Origin: Naegleria gruberi
Taxonomy: Eukaryota
Length of the DNA stretch: 64,000 bases
Reading direction: 5' to 3' (one strand)
Assembly (NCBI GenBank): GCA_000004985.1
Contig: GG738908.1
Positions 33,576-45,571 of this stretch are shown piece by piece. Each line of letters begins with the position of its first letter. Within the stretch, counting starts at the first letter, position 1. The notes under the pieces were generated by a model, which was given only the letters and a program-made list of their open reading frames with translations, did not search any database and had not been told where the DNA came from. Made by a program: the position numbers and the translations under genes.

Positions 33576-34504
33576 TCTTCATTCTCATCATCCTCTTCTT
33601 CTTCTTCTTCTTCATTATTATCGGATGAACAAAGTTTGAACGAATTTGATATCCAATTATCAACCCCAAGTTTTTCAATAAATTTCTCAATCCATTCTCC
33701 TGGTGTTTTATCAGCTTCCAATAAGGTACTGTTGAGTAGTTTTGTTACTGCATCAATATTGGCACTGTTGGTTGAAACTATTTCATCAATTATATCACCC
33801 TTAGATGTTATCCAATACACATCTATTAATGTACTATCAACATATTCACTCTCTCCGCGTTTTGACTCATATTCACTCTTGATTGAAAAGTAAAACTTTG
33901 TTGGTTTGTCCATCGAATAATAAACTCCAATAACTTCTGTTGGAGCATCTGTAACCGTTTCACATTCTTGTGCATTATATCCTTCATAGGATTTCACTTT
34001 AATTGGAATTTCAATTGGCCATTCAATGTAGTAAATCTGTTTTTTAAAACTCAACTCATACTCTTGTCTAGAAATATCAATTTCACTTCCTCCTCCAGTG
34101 CCAACTTCAATCATCACTGGCTTAATTCCACAATATTTCTCAAAATCTCTAATTCTTCCCAATAAATATGCATTATGTAAATTGAAATCATAAACAACTT
34201 GTGGAAACAACTCTCCAAACAATGCACGCCAATACTCATCATGATGAAAAATAAATTTCGACCACTTTTTAAAGAATAACAAATTTCCGAGAGACAAAAT
34301 TTCAAAACGATCCAAGAAGGATAGTATCATGCCAATCATTTCATCTGGTAAATTATTCAACTTGTAAAGCATTCGGGTCGAATATTCGTGTTTGAGATGG
34401 GAAATTAGATCTACAAGTTCATCGTTGGTGAGTGAAGATAATTTCTCCTTCTTGCATAAATTTTCAGTAAAATCTGCGGTAGTGCTATCGTGTTTTCGTT
34501 TCAT
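33572..34504 (-). CDS. F-box-like protein (~310 aa) with an acidic poly-Glu C-terminus.
   Basis: The first ATG is at 34504; the track start at 34516 is a non-ATG codon. The F-box-like motif is LPDEMIGMILSFLDRFEILSLGNLLFF. The C-terminus is EEEEEEEDDENED. Confidence 0.55.
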   Translation of the reverse strand: MKRKHDSTTADFTENLCKKEKLSSLTNDELVDLISHLKHEYSTRMLYKLNNLPDEMIGMILSFLDRFEILSLGNLLFFKKWSKFIFHHDEYWRALFGELFPQVVYDFNLHNAYLLGRIRDFEKYCGIKPVMIEVGTGGGSEIDISRQEYELSFKKQIYYIEWPIEIPIKVKSYEGYNAQECETVTDAPTEVIGVYYSMDKPTKFYFSIKSEYESKRGESEYVDSTLIDVYWITSKGDIIDEIVSTNSANIDAVTKLLNSTLLEADKTPGEWIEKFIEKLGVDNWISNSFKLCSSDNNEEEEEEEDDENED

Positions 34505-35034
34505 TTTTTTTGTCAATCTAGATTTTGCTGTATTTTAAATCTTGTAAACTGAAGAATATTAATAAGGCAAATAAAGCCTTTTATAAATTGTGTGTCTTTA
34601 ATTGGACAAATTGCCGGCTAGTAGAATTGAAATTTTGTCAGTGCTCTCTTCCGAAAAGCCATCATTATTATGTTTTTAAATGTCTTGTTTAATTTTCTGA
34701 TATCCGATATGAATAATGTATTCATTGATGAAGGATTTTGTATTATTTGTTATCCATAGTTCAATTTCATCATGTTTAACAAATGATGTAATAACAACCA
34801 GAGTTTCAAAATCTTCAAGTGTTGTTGAGTTTGTGAGAAGAGAATCCGAACCAGCAAGAACTTTTGACGAGTTTTAATAAGTCAACAGCCATCATACACC
34901 CAAGTGCGTCATCTGTGATTGGACCTTTATCAATTCCATGTCTGTGCAACGAATTCCGGTTTCAAAAAAAAATTAAATTTCCACGTCCTCGAGAATTCGT
35001 CATCACGAACAAGTAGCAAAAATAATAATATAAC

Positions 35035-36843
35035 ATGGCTCCATCATCACCTTCTAATTCCTCTTCATCATCATCAGAAAATTCCTCCTCTCTATTTCTC
35101 TCTCTAAAAGCCAAACCAGAACCGAATTCACCATCAGTAAGTGAAGAATCATCACCTCTAGAACAAAGTACCAATTCTCAAGTATCAACCATCATACCTC
35201 CACAAAATAATAATAACAACACCAATTCGCAACAGCATAATACTTTACCATCGGCCACTACCACTAGTACGAGTGGTAGCAGCAGCAACAAATCATCGCC
35301 ATCACATGATGAAGCCACCTCTTCTTCACCTTCATCAACGAACACCAAACCTGGAAACTCGACCGTAAAGAAAGCGGTTGGTGTGAATTCTAATGCACAA
35401 GCTTCCTCCGGTTCTTCTTCAACAACAGTAATTCCTCAGCAGGTGTCGTCTTTAAACACAAGCACAACAAATACCTCAACTAGTGGTGTCCCAAACAAGC
35501 CAGTATTGATGCAATCAAAAAAGGCTATAAATCCACACCAGCCTATGAATGCTTATTTGCCACCTCAATTAATTCACCATCCACCTCAATTATTTGATCC
35601 AAACGGTGCAATGCCTTATCAACAACCTCCAGTGAGAGTTGCCAATGGCAGTGGCAAACAGCAAGTATATCCAGCAGGGATTCCTCAAGGAACAGTTCCT
35701 AATCCTCTCCATTATTCTTATACTTATCCAGGTGCTCATCCATCTATTATGCAATCACAACCTCCTACTGCCTTCTATCCTCCACCTCCTCCACATGGAT
35801 CTTCAATGGTTCATGATACAAATTCATTGTATGTGCCAATGATGCAACCTCATCCTACCCTTCCAAATTCCGAAGCTGAATCATCCGATGACAGTGAATA
35901 TTCCGAAAGTGACGATGAAGACCAATATACCATCGTAACAATGCAAAAACCAAGTCCCTATACAGAAATTAAGAAAAAGTATGAGGATCTCATGAAGTTA
36001 TACACTAAGGCATGTAAGGAATTGACAGTTGCACAAGCAGAAATATCAGAGCTAAAAAGAAAGAGAGATACGCCTGGTAGTAGAGGTGTTTTCAATCCAC
36101 CCACAAACACTGCCAGCACCAGTAGTGCACACACTGCTCTTTCGCCAGTAGCGAAAAAGAAGAAGACTGAGAGTCCAATTTTCGAACCTATCAGACGAAC
36201 TGAATTGATTCCATTGGGTGTTGATAAGACTGGTAATTCCCAAAGAAGCACCTCCTATCAACAATTGGAAACAAGCATAACTTCCCTTCCTCCACAAAAC
36301 ATGGTAATTGCACCAGTATCGCCATCTTCTGATTCTTCCTCCTCTGTTAGCTTGAATACTCTCGTTTACATTTACTATTATGATGGTGGATGTGATGGTC
36401 ATGGTTCAAGACAATTGAAAGCCAATGGTAAACGTATTTTTATCGACATTAACTGGGACGAGATTTTCAAATTCAGACAAGATGATTGCCTTCATATGTG
36501 CATCTTTGTTAATACTTCCACTGTTGATAAGGTTAAGGATTCTGACTTGATTGCCACTTTTAAGATTCTCAGATCAGATGGTGATAAAGTTAAAATCTCA
36601 AAGATTAGAGAAAACCTCAGAAGACTCAATCTCCAAAATCAATTCTCCCACATTGGTCATATCAAGTTCTTCATTCAAATCAGAGGAAATGATCAACTAT
36701 TTGATTATACTGACAAGATTTTGTTATACTCCAAAACCCAACACAATATTGCCAGTTTTGAACCATCCAATCAAAAGGAGTATAACGAGTTGTCCAAACT
36801 CTTCTATCAACCTGAGAGATTTACTGTTTTCAAGAAGGTATAA
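35035..36843 (+). CDS. Ser/Thr/Pro/Asn-rich protein with a short coiled-coil and a compact C-terminal globular domain (602 aa).
   Basis: ATG at 35035. The low-complexity N-terminal 300 aa carry Pro-rich PPxY-like motifs. The coiled-coil is KKKYEDLMKLYTKACKELTVAQAEISELKRKRD. The C-terminal domain LVYIYYYDGGCDGHG...FTVFKKV was not recognised. Confidence 0.55.
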   Translation: MAPSSPSNSSSSSSENSSSLFLSLKAKPEPNSPSVSEESSPLEQSTNSQVSTIIPPQNNNNNTNSQQHNTLPSATTTSTSGSSSNKSSPSHDEATSSSPSSTNTKPGNSTVKKAVGVNSNAQASSGSSSTTVIPQQVSSLNTSTTNTSTSGVPNKPVLMQSKKAINPHQPMNAYLPPQLIHHPPQLFDPNGAMPYQQPPVRVANGSGKQQVYPAGIPQGTVPNPLHYSYTYPGAHPSIMQSQPPTAFYPPPPPHGSSMVHDTNSLYVPMMQPHPTLPNSEAESSDDSEYSESDDEDQYTIVTMQKPSPYTEIKKKYEDLMKLYTKACKELTVAQAEISELKRKRDTPGSRGVFNPPTNTASTSSAHTALSPVAKKKKTESPIFEPIRRTELIPLGVDKTGNSQRSTSYQQLETSITSLPPQNMVIAPVSPSSDSSSSVSLNTLVYIYYYDGGCDGHGSRQLKANGKRIFIDINWDEIFKFRQDDCLHMCIFVNTSTVDKVKDSDLIATFKILRSDGDKVKISKIRENLRRLNLQNQFSHIGHIKFFIQIRGNDQLFDYTDKILLYSKTQHNIASFEPSNQKEYNELSKLFYQPERFTVFKKV

Positions 36844-37145
36844 ATGTAGTACAATGTGATGAGGATTCCATGTATTGGAGTTCTGAGTGGAGGAAATGTT
36901 CTTTGTAAATTTGAAGAGTTGTATGTTGGCCATATGTAAAAAGTGCAATAGATGATGACAAGTTGTACAAACAAAACAAGTAATTTACCATTTTTAAAAG
37001 TTTACATTTTTATTTTCAAATTCTTCCTAATTTTTCATTAACCAACAATATTAAAAAGAACAAAACAAGAACAAGTATCCATCTGTTCAGTTTCCAAATA
37101 ACTCCCATCCTATCCTTCAAGAATCGATAACAGTCAAAGTATAAC

Positions 37146-37586
37146 ATGTCGTTTCAAAAATTGAAAGGCTTCCTTAAAAAAATGAGGTTTCCAATCTTCA
37201 CCTCAGACTCTCTATCAACCTCAACGCCAACCTCACTCTCGAATCAGGACGGAACAATTGAAGAGGACTTGGAACGTTTCAGACAATTGAATTCAATTGA
37301 TAAACAAACGGGAGTAAATCAAGCAGCAGTAGTAGAAAATTCTCAAACCACTGCACAAGCACAACATCAACAACCTGCTACAGAGAATACATTAGAAAGC
37401 CTCACAGAGAACGTGCATCAACTCATGCAGAGTATCAAATTTCCACTGAAGAAAGTTGTGATAGGCACTCGGAGAACAACTCTAGTAATGTCTGATCCTA
37501 ATTCTGAATCAGATCGGTCGCTAATCCTTTCTATCTGTAGGTTTTCAATTCAATATCCTATTAATCAAATTAATCATATTAACTAA
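37146..37586 (+). CDS. Small ORF (146 aa). Either an independent gene or a 5' exon of the U-box gene.
   Basis: ATG at 37146. A 67-nt candidate intron (donor GTTTTC, acceptor ctctcag) would join ...LSICR in frame to GAQMDIPNN... The donor is weak. Confidence 0.35.
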   Translation: MSFQKLKGFLKKMRFPIFTSDSLSTSTPTSLSNQDGTIEEDLERFRQLNSIDKQTGVNQAAVVENSQTTAQAQHQQPATENTLESLTENVHQLMQSIKFPLKKVVIGTRRTTLVMSDPNSESDRSLILSICRFSIQYPINQINHIN

Positions 37587-37617
37587 AGTCAATTTAATTA
37601 CTCTCAGAGGTGCTCAA

Positions 37618-39017
37618 ATGGACATTCCGAACAATCAAGAATCTGAAATTACTCTGGAACAATTGTTTCATTGCCTTGAGAAGTCTTTCCTCGAATATAA
37701 TGTAAGTTTTCATATTGTAATACTGATTATTCTAATCATAACATTTTACAGCCAAAATTGAAACCTTGTAAAATAAGATCCCTCCTCCTAAGATTGTACA
37801 ATACTGGTACTGTTGATTTTACTGTTACTGGCTCCATAGATGGAATTGATAACGATTTGATAGATAAACTGCTCAAGTGGGTAAAGATTTACTTTGTACA
37901 TGGAACATTAATATCAGATAGCGATCCAATCTTTGATTCTCTGAAAGGGATGAAGTATTTCGACCTTATTAATCCCTCCAATAGAAACAAACACTCTAAG
38001 AAGGCAAAAGACATCCAGGAATTTCTCGATCGTCATTCAGATTTGAGTACAACTAAAGATGGACTCACTAAGCTTCACAATACAGAATCCATGAGACTGA
38101 AGATACTCCTCCACGAAGACAGATACTCTGTGATTGTGAATTATAAAGGTAGAGTGTATGAACTCATTGATTCTAACTATTTGGATAAGCATCCTACAAT
38201 TAAATCCAAATATGAACAAGTTAATGGATCGATACCTCCATTTGCAATTTGGGCAAAGTGGCCTCTGCATCACCCAACCGATAAAAGAATGTTGTGTGGA
38301 GGTGACTTTTTTGAGATTAGCCATCAATCAATTGAAGAAATAGTTCTGGATGATCCAAACCAATCTCAAATCACAAACACTGAAATTGATCCAACAGTTA
38401 TCACTTGCCCAATTTCCATGTGTTTGTTCTTTGATCCTGTAGTTGCAGCAGACAATGTCACATATGAGAAGGAGGTTTATAAGAAGTGGTGTGTGAAGAA
38501 GAATGAGGTGGTAAGCCCTGTAACTGGTCGAAGAATTACTACCAAGTTCACAAATGATGTGGTTATACGAAATAAGGTCCAGATATATCTTCAAAAGCAC
38601 ATTCATTTGAAGCTGTCAGAAGATTATTACATTCCAAGGTATGCTGTTGAAGCTTTTAGGAAGGCTGTTATTAGTGGAGCCACAGAAGATGCAGCCATTC
38701 TTTGTAAGGAAGATATTCGCTTGATAATTTTTAAACCAGATGAATTGAAGAACATTAATGAGGATATTGAAGTAGAAGACTCACTGTCAGGTTACAATCT
38801 TGCCTTCATGTACAATAATTGTCAATTACTGAACACTATGAAAGACATAATAACAGAGAATATGTATCTAGCTCTTCAACAAAACTCCACATCTACAGTA
38901 GAAATTCTCTCGTATCATCTGGATGCCATTGAAACAAAGATAAGCGACTTTAGGGAATGCAACAAGGTGAAACTGCAGGCAGAGGTCGCTATGGACCATA
39001 CCTTGATAAATGCTTAA
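37618..39017 (+). CDS. U-box domain E3 ubiquitin ligase-like protein, ~449 aa. Two exons: 37618-37701 and 37752-39017.
   Basis: ATG at 37618. A 50-nt intron (gtaagt...ttttacag) at 37702-37751 joins in frame. The U-box is ITCPISMCLFFDPVVAADNVTYEKEVYKKWCVKKNEVVSPVTGRRI. Confidence 0.7.
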
Positions 39018-39052
39018 GCACAGAATTTGATGACCTTCCTAAACTGGTGTAT

Positions 39053-39124
39053 GGGACCATGGTCTAGTGGTATGATTCTCGCTTTGGGTGCGAGAGGCCG
39101 TGGGTTCGATTCCCACTGGTCCCC
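39053..39124 (+). tRNA. tRNA-Pro (anticodon UGG).
   Basis: GGGACCATGGTCTAGTGGTATGATTCTCGCTTTGGGTGCGAGAGGCCGTGGGTTCGATTCCCACTGGTCCC. It has a 7-bp acceptor stem, the anticodon loop CTTTGGGT and the T-arm GTGGGTTCGATTCCCAC. It is followed by a ttttatttttg Pol III terminator. Confidence 0.9.
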
Positions 39125-39323
39125 TTTGATTTTATTTTTGAAATTCAATACATTAAAATGAGAGTTATCGAAATATTTGAATGGATGTTTTGCTTCGAAA
39201 TACTTGCAAAACTATTTCGTTTTTATGATATTTCTACTCTAATAGAAATACCGCTAGTACAATTTTAATAATCTGTGTTGTGAGAATTCAACAAGGATTT
39301 ATAATTTTGTCTATAAATGTAAC

Positions 39324-39396
39324 GGGGTCATGGCGCAGTCGGTAGCGCGTAGGTCTCATAATCCTAAGGTCGTGAGTTCGATCCTCACTGACCCCA
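39324..39396 (+). tRNA. Elongator tRNA-Met (anticodon CAU).
   Basis: GGGGTCATGGCGCAGTCGGTAGCGCGTAGGTCTCATAATCCTAAGGTCGTGAGTTCGATCCTCACTGACCCCA. The anticodon loop is CTCATAA. The acceptor stem GGGGTCA/TGACCCC pairs fully. A T-run follows. Confidence 0.9.
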
Positions 39397-39589
39397 ACTT
39401 TTGACCAATTTTAGGTTTTTTTCTTGCATTGGTCTAAGAGAGCATTATCTTTTGTTGCAGAAATTGTTCTATTGTCAAAATCGTAGATTTATTTTGGTTC
39501 GTTCTGAGAGATATCTTCTGCACATTATAGAAGAACTCTTTCACATTCGATCTAATTGCCAATTAATGGGTTAAACCCTCAATATACTT

Positions 39590-41050
39590 TTAAACAATTT
39601 CTGAAACCAATCTTGAAGACCTGTTTTGACACTCTGACAAACCTTCAGATAACAATTTGACCGATTTCAGCACAGAATCTATGGTATGACCATCCAGTTT
39701 GGATGGTGTGTATCCATTCATTAATTTTTGTGCTGCTTGTTTCTTCCTTCTTGATGCTTCTTCGTATTTTTTGAGAATTTGATCCTTTTCGTAGAGTTGT
39801 CGTTTCAAATCGTCAAGCTCACTTGTTAACTTTCCCATCTCTCGTTTATGTTGATGCCCGGTTTCTACTGCACCTCTAAGGTGATTGAGATCATTTTCAA
39901 GTTTTTCATTCTCTCGTTTGACTTTCTCTAGTGCTTCTTGAGAGACATGTTTCAATTCGTCAACAATTTTCTCTAGATCCGTCACGTTTTGATTATGCTT
40001 CTTTTCTTTTACTTTTGCATCTTCCTCCAAATGGAACACCTTGTCTTCCAATTCTCCGTTTACAGTTTCCATATCTTTAATCAAGTCGAGTGTTATTTTT
40101 TCCGAATTGTTAGAATCCTTAAGTTCCTCAATTAATTTATCAACTTCTTCTGAATGGTTCACTTCTGATTCTTTGAGTGTTCGCTTGAGTGTATCAACTT
40201 CCTCCCTCAACAGAAGAATTTTAGTATCTTGCTGTTGAACCATCAGCTCATATCGTTCAATTTCAGCATCATATTCTCTTTCCAATTCTTCGCTGCTCTT
40301 TTGGTATTTTACATAATTCTCACTCACAACCTCAAGATCTCTGTATGTTTCTAAATATTTTCTCTTAAAGAAGGAAGCTTCCTCACTTGGTGAATCAAAA
40401 GTTTTAGAGATGGAAAAGGTCAAATCCGACTCTTCATCCTGACTATTCGACCCAGATCCTTCCATTACATCCACATTTTCATTTTCAGAGCTCTCTTCAT
40501 CTGCAGCTTCTGCATATGCTCTTCGAACTGCTGATGAATTTTCTTCCAACAACATGTCATTAAATTCAACGCTATCCTCTTCCTGATTTCTGTTGATTCG
40601 TAATTTTAATTCATTCTCAATATCATCTTCATCCTCAGAAAGAGTTGGGCTATCTGAAAATGTTTTTGATCTTGGTGTCCTATTAACAATTGGTGATCTC
40701 GATATTGAGGGAGTTTGAGGAGTCTTATTGATCAAAATATTAAGTTCATCACAATTTCCAAGGTTTTGTAAAATACGAGGCGTTGATAGATGAGAATAAT
40801 TCGACAAGTTATCGTGATGAATACATGTGGTTGATGTTGTTGCAGTTGTGCTGTTTGTTTTCATCCTCTTGATACTATTATTACTACTGTTACTATTGTA
40901 CACGTCTGGAGAGGTTGAATCAGAGTCATCGTCTGTGTAGGACACTAGAGAGTCATCGTCTTCATTGATACTCGTTCGGATTTTTGATATTGGAGTTGTG
41001 TGATGATGAACCTTAGCGATTGTTGCTGTAGACATTGCTGATGGTGCCAT
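39590..41050 (-). CDS. Coiled-coil protein (486 aa) with a Ser/Asp-rich N-terminus. It may be NudE-like, at low confidence.
   Basis: ATG at 41050. There are ~250 aa of heptad-like Glu/Lys/Leu-rich sequence (...LEREYDAEIERYELMVQQQDTKILLLREEVDTLKRTLKESE...). Confidence 0.55.
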   Translation of the reverse strand: MAPSAMSTATIAKVHHHTTPISKIRTSINEDDDSLVSYTDDDSDSTSPDVYNSNSSNNSIKRMKTNSTTATTSTTCIHHDNLSNYSHLSTPRILQNLGNCDELNILINKTPQTPSISRSPIVNRTPRSKTFSDSPTLSEDEDDIENELKLRINRNQEEDSVEFNDMLLEENSSAVRRAYAEAADEESSENENVDVMEGSGSNSQDEESDLTFSISKTFDSPSEEASFFKRKYLETYRDLEVVSENYVKYQKSSEELEREYDAEIERYELMVQQQDTKILLLREEVDTLKRTLKESEVNHSEEVDKLIEELKDSNNSEKITLDLIKDMETVNGELEDKVFHLEEDAKVKEKKHNQNVTDLEKIVDELKHVSQEALEKVKRENEKLENDLNHLRGAVETGHQHKREMGKLTSELDDLKRQLYEKDQILKKYEEASRRKKQAAQKLMNGYTPSKLDGHTIDSVLKSVKLLSEGLSECQNRSSRLVSEIV

Positions 41051-41340
41051 AAGGTGGTGATGATTAAGAAGTGTGGCGATGAAGATTTTTTACTGAAGAA
41101 TTTGATGAAATAACAATATTTTTCCAAGTATCTTATTATAGTCGTTTTTTTTTGAAAATGGCGCCAATTACTGGTATTGAAAAGTCTTGATTAATAAAGA
41201 GATAAGGCAATTCCAAAAATCATGTTAATAAATTGGGTTCATTTGATTGGAGTTTGAACAAAATTGTTGAATAGAATACTATTTTATACTTTTTATTTAC
41301 ATTATTGTCCTACTCAGTTAGGTTTTAATATTTGCATTAT

Positions 41341-43068
41341 CTAGTTAGAAAAAAAGGTGAGTATTTCTTCGTCATCATTATTTGTTAAAGGCAAGTCAAA
41401 CATTTGGATAGAATCTATAATTTCAGCCATTTCTTGGTGTTGCACTGACATGATATCGTCATCAGTTGGTAAATTAGTAAAATGGTGATGGTGATGCACT
41501 GGGAATTGGTTATTCAAATTGGTTTGGTGTTGTTGGGCTTGAACATGGAAATCTTCACTAAAGATTTCATCCATAGTTCTCTTGATAGCCCTGTTATCAT
41601 TAAATGATTGTTGAGAAGGAGCTTGGAAGTATTGCATGGTTGGCTGGTAGTTTTGTTGAGTTTGTTGTGGTTGGAAGGTTTGTCTAGTAAATTGCTTTTG
41701 ATAGTCATACTCAAACAAACGATTCTTCATGGCAGATCCCAGACTACTAATGCTCATATGGGCAGCTGTATTAGTTTGATTATTGTTTTGGAATTGGTTG
41801 GAGTTCCAAATGTTATTATTGGTATTGGTGTTCGAGAATTGTTGGTTGTTTTGTTGCATCATTACCATCATTGCCAATTGACTTGCTGATGGCTGATTGG
41901 ATGGTTGTTGTTGTTGTTGCTGTTGTTGTTGTTGGGATTGAACATTGGAAACACCAGAGAATGAATGTCTTTGTGGTTGGTTGAAATCGAGGCTTAATGG
42001 AACAGTACCTTGAGAAAGGATTCTAGTTGTACGATTCACATAGTTATTATTGTTTGGTGTTGTTATCGAAGGGATTTGTTGTTGTTGGTTATTTGGCATT
42101 TGGAATATGTTTTGTTTCTGACTTATGGTTTGACTCATCTTATTAGGGGAACCAACAACAGTAAACATATGTTTGGATTCTTCTTGTACACTAGGTCCCA
42201 TTTCTGTAAAAGTCTTTCTCAACTTGGTCTTGGATTCGCTTTGAGTTACATTAGAAGTAGATCTAACTCTCTTCTTCTTAGAGATTTGATCTGCATTTTC
42301 ATTTGATACTCGTCGAATGGTTGGACTTGTAAGAGTTTGTTCAATAACTTCAATATTGCTTTCATTGCTCTTAGTGGTTGGTTGTGTTACAATGGTTGAT
42401 GAATCAAATGCTTGGACACGATCAATAATTTGATCTATCAAATCATTATCAAGGGACTTTTGGAACATGTAGGCGTTTTCAATACCATACTTATTGTTAC
42501 CTTTACCCAATGAATTTCTCTTGGCCTTAATCATTAAAAAGTAGTGTTCTTCATTCTTAGTAACTTCTTCTGTAATAACAAAAGGCATTACAAATAATTT
42601 TACAGTACCGTTGCAGCCCTTACCGTGACTCTTAACTCTGAAAGCAACTTTTGGTGGTTGATTAGAATTGAGATTATTGGTCTTTGTATTTGTTGGATTG
42701 GCACGAGCACCGGTTGATGATATTACAGATACCCTATCATTCTTCTTTACAGAACTAAAAGTAATTGGGAGCATTTTCTTGATGAGGGTTTGAGCGGTAG
42801 CCATTGTACTTGAGAGGCCATCTTCAGCCAAGTACACACTAACACTTCTATCTGTGAGGATATCAAGCGAGTAATGTTCGACAGTCTTACCAAGAAGAGA
42901 AATTTCTACAGAGTTATTATTGATATCGGTACGTTTCTTGGTATAAAGTTGGAATGGTTGAAGAATTTTAGTGAGTTGGATTGATGTCGAATCAGCAGAC
43001 GTATTCTTATCGGTATTCGAAGAATTGATCATATCCTTCAAGAAGATTTCTTGTCTTTGGGAAGTCAT
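41341..43068 (-). CDS. Gln/Asn-rich putative nuclear regulator, ~575 aa. A ~250-aa N-terminal structured domain is followed by a polyQ/polyN tail.
   Basis: The first ATG is at 43068 (MTSQRQEIF...). The track ORF extends to 43098 from a non-ATG start. It has a QQQQQQQQQQQ run. The N-terminal domain is unassigned. Confidence 0.55.
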   Translation of the reverse strand: MTSQRQEIFLKDMINSSNTDKNTSADSTSIQLTKILQPFQLYTKKRTDINNNSVEISLLGKTVEHYSLDILTDRSVSVYLAEDGLSSTMATAQTLIKKMLPITFSSVKKNDRVSVISSTGARANPTNTKTNNLNSNQPPKVAFRVKSHGKGCNGTVKLFVMPFVITEEVTKNEEHYFLMIKAKRNSLGKGNNKYGIENAYMFQKSLDNDLIDQIIDRVQAFDSSTIVTQPTTKSNESNIEVIEQTLTSPTIRRVSNENADQISKKKRVRSTSNVTQSESKTKLRKTFTEMGPSVQEESKHMFTVVGSPNKMSQTISQKQNIFQMPNNQQQQIPSITTPNNNNYVNRTTRILSQGTVPLSLDFNQPQRHSFSGVSNVQSQQQQQQQQQQPSNQPSASQLAMMVMMQQNNQQFSNTNTNNNIWNSNQFQNNNQTNTAAHMSISSLGSAMKNRLFEYDYQKQFTRQTFQPQQTQQNYQPTMQYFQAPSQQSFNDNRAIKRTMDEIFSEDFHVQAQQHQTNLNNQFPVHHHHHFTNLPTDDDIMSVQHQEMAEIIDSIQMFDLPLTNNDDEEILTFFSN

Positions 43069-44953
43069 CTCTAGATCAAAATTTATAATGGTGCGCAAAG
43101 GATTGTGTTGTCGTATTTCTTATAGAAATATTTGTCTTGGTATCTACAGCAATAGTAGAATATTTGAATGTAGAAATTGAGTGGTTATGAAGGCCGTTAT
43201 GCAACGTTTGTTAAAATTCTAAAGAGAAATGACAGCGCGGGATGAATCAAACTACAAGTAATAACGAAATTAACGTTTTGATTAAATCTGAAGGGGAAAT
43301 GATGTTTGATAAATTAGATTTAGTTTAAATTGTATTATTGCTTGTAGACTATAAAATAACAATAATACTATTGATATTATGTACAATTAGTTGTGTGTAG
43401 TGAAAGCGGTTTAAAAAAACTCTCTTCGCTGTGATGATGTTGTCTTGTTATTTTTTGAAAGGTTAATAACACGGCAATGATTAACAAAAGTGGAAGGCTT
43501 GAAGAGCAGAATTGTTTTGGAAACTTTTCGCTTGTCGTAGTTTTCTTATTGGTAAAATTATGCACCACGAAACGTTGTTAAAATCAAGTGTTGTGTTTTT
43601 TTTAAATTGTAGGAGAGCACAATAAGTCCTTAATTACGAGTTCTTATAAACACTTCACACAACCCTTTGTGATTCTCTGGAGTGAAAAACTTGTTTGGCC
43701 CCTTGTTGTTGTGTGAGGAGCGTTTCGCTTCAACGGTAGTCAATTTGATGCAAGTGAAAATATTAATGTTCATTTGAATGATTATATTAAGGCACAAGAC
43801 ATCCGAGTGATTCGCATTTCTTATTAAGGATCGTAATAAAGTTATTTAGAATTTATCTCTCGATAAGTTGAGTAAAATTGGTTGACTAACTAATCAGTTC
43901 ATAATAATATCTTGGAATGTGTTGTTCGTCACTCAACATCTGTTCTTTTATTCTTAGTTTGTAAAATGTGATTCTGCTTCTAGTTTTTGAATTGTGATAT
44001 ATTCATTTAAAATAATGGCTTCAATCATTAGCCATTCATTTTCAACATGTGTCGATTGAGGCCATTCATCATTCAATTATTTGCTATTTAAAAATATTAT
44101 TGTCCAACCTATTAATATTACACGTGGCGTATTTATATAGAAACTGTGTAGTCGTTGAAGGAGTTGTTTACAAGATCTTTTAATTCACTACCTCAATAGT
44201 ATTGTGATTTCCTTAGAGGAGTGAACTGTAAAAAAATCCCAAAATCACCAATATTCATCTGTTTTGCACTTTTTTGGCCTTGTTTGTGATAGATGGATGT
44301 CGAAATATCGTGGCTGTAATCTTGTAGTTAAGGACAATATATCTAATCTTTTTTATTTTTGATGGTGGGAGTAATATGGAGTCAATATTGTTGTGTTACA
44401 TCATTGCTAAAAGAAGCATTGAATAATAGGTTAGAGTGAAATTCCATTAAATTGATTCATAAGTTTTTTTAATGTTTTAAAGACTAGCGATTGCTATCTC
44501 GGATGATTAGGGATGGAGGAAAGAGAGCCAGCTCTCTTTCTTTGAAGAATTGCTTCTTTTGTGGAGAGAGAAGGTTGTTGCTTTTTCTTCTTTGAGTGTT
44601 GTTGATCAACAATAGATGATAATGTGGAATGTGCTTTCTAGTCAACAACTTTGATTTCTATACAATGGGATGACTGAACTTGATATTTGGCTAATTGGAA
44701 TAGTAAATTATTTCAATTTTCTTAATGATACTACTGTCTTCTTCATTCAAACAATGAACTCGATCTTAATGACCTAAGCTCCAGCATGAGTTTTTATAAC
44801 TTAGCAACGAATAGTTTTCATTTTTTGCGGATAATACTTGATCAACATTACAATAATGAGCATTCATCATTCGGACCTCCAAACCTGTAACTTCATGCTC
44901 CCCTGCACGAATCAATTAAAGCAAAGAGTATTTCAAACATCAGATTAAAAAAA

Positions 44954-45538
44954 ATGTTGTTTAATAACGACAACTGTCACCATGATGGCAAACCTTTCAT
45001 CATGCTTGCCATGATTCTTATCATGTTAACGATAACAACAATTGCCAACGCTTCCATGATGACCATCAATAGTGACTATAAATTACCAAATGGTGGTTTT
45101 TCTTTTAAATTTGAATTACAGGAACGATCTGGAAAATTGGAAAAGTACCACGGTACTACTGTAAGATATCAACAAACCAATGGAAATGCTGTAAACTTGT
45201 TATTGGAGAGTGCAACACTGGGTTTTGGAACATTCTTTGATTCGACAATTTTACATACATTTTTAAAGCCAATTTTGGGAGCAGATGGAGAGACAATGAC
45301 TGAATGTCTTCATTTGAATTATGATTCGCCTTGGAATAGTGGAGTTGAGATGAGTAAAATGTTGGACTTGATTGTTTTCAAGAAGGTTTCTCAAATGGAA
45401 GGTATTAGTTATTATGACAAGGAATTGAATGACAAGTGTTTCAAGAGAGGTTTGGAAGTTTATGCCTTCTCTGTAATGAGTGAAACTATGGCATTGTGTG
45501 CTGATGCTGTTACTATGGAACCAAGATATATTGTGTAG
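44954..45538 (+). CDS. Secreted protein (194 aa). It may be the N-terminal part of one gene together with the downstream hydrolase ORF.
   Basis: ATG at 44954. The signal peptide is KPFIMLAMILIMLTITTIANA. It ends at TAG 45536-45538, in the same frame as ORF 45572-46795 and only 33 nt upstream of it. Confidence 0.5.
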   Translation: MLFNNDNCHHDGKPFIMLAMILIMLTITTIANASMMTINSDYKLPNGGFSFKFELQERSGKLEKYHGTTVRYQQTNGNAVNLLLESATLGFGTFFDSTILHTFLKPILGADGETMTECLHLNYDSPWNSGVEMSKMLDLIVFKKVSQMEGISYYDKELNDKCFKRGLEVYAFSVMSETMALCADAVTMEPRYIV

Positions 45539-45571
45539 CCAGCCTTTGTTATCTCTATTTCAGAATTCACT

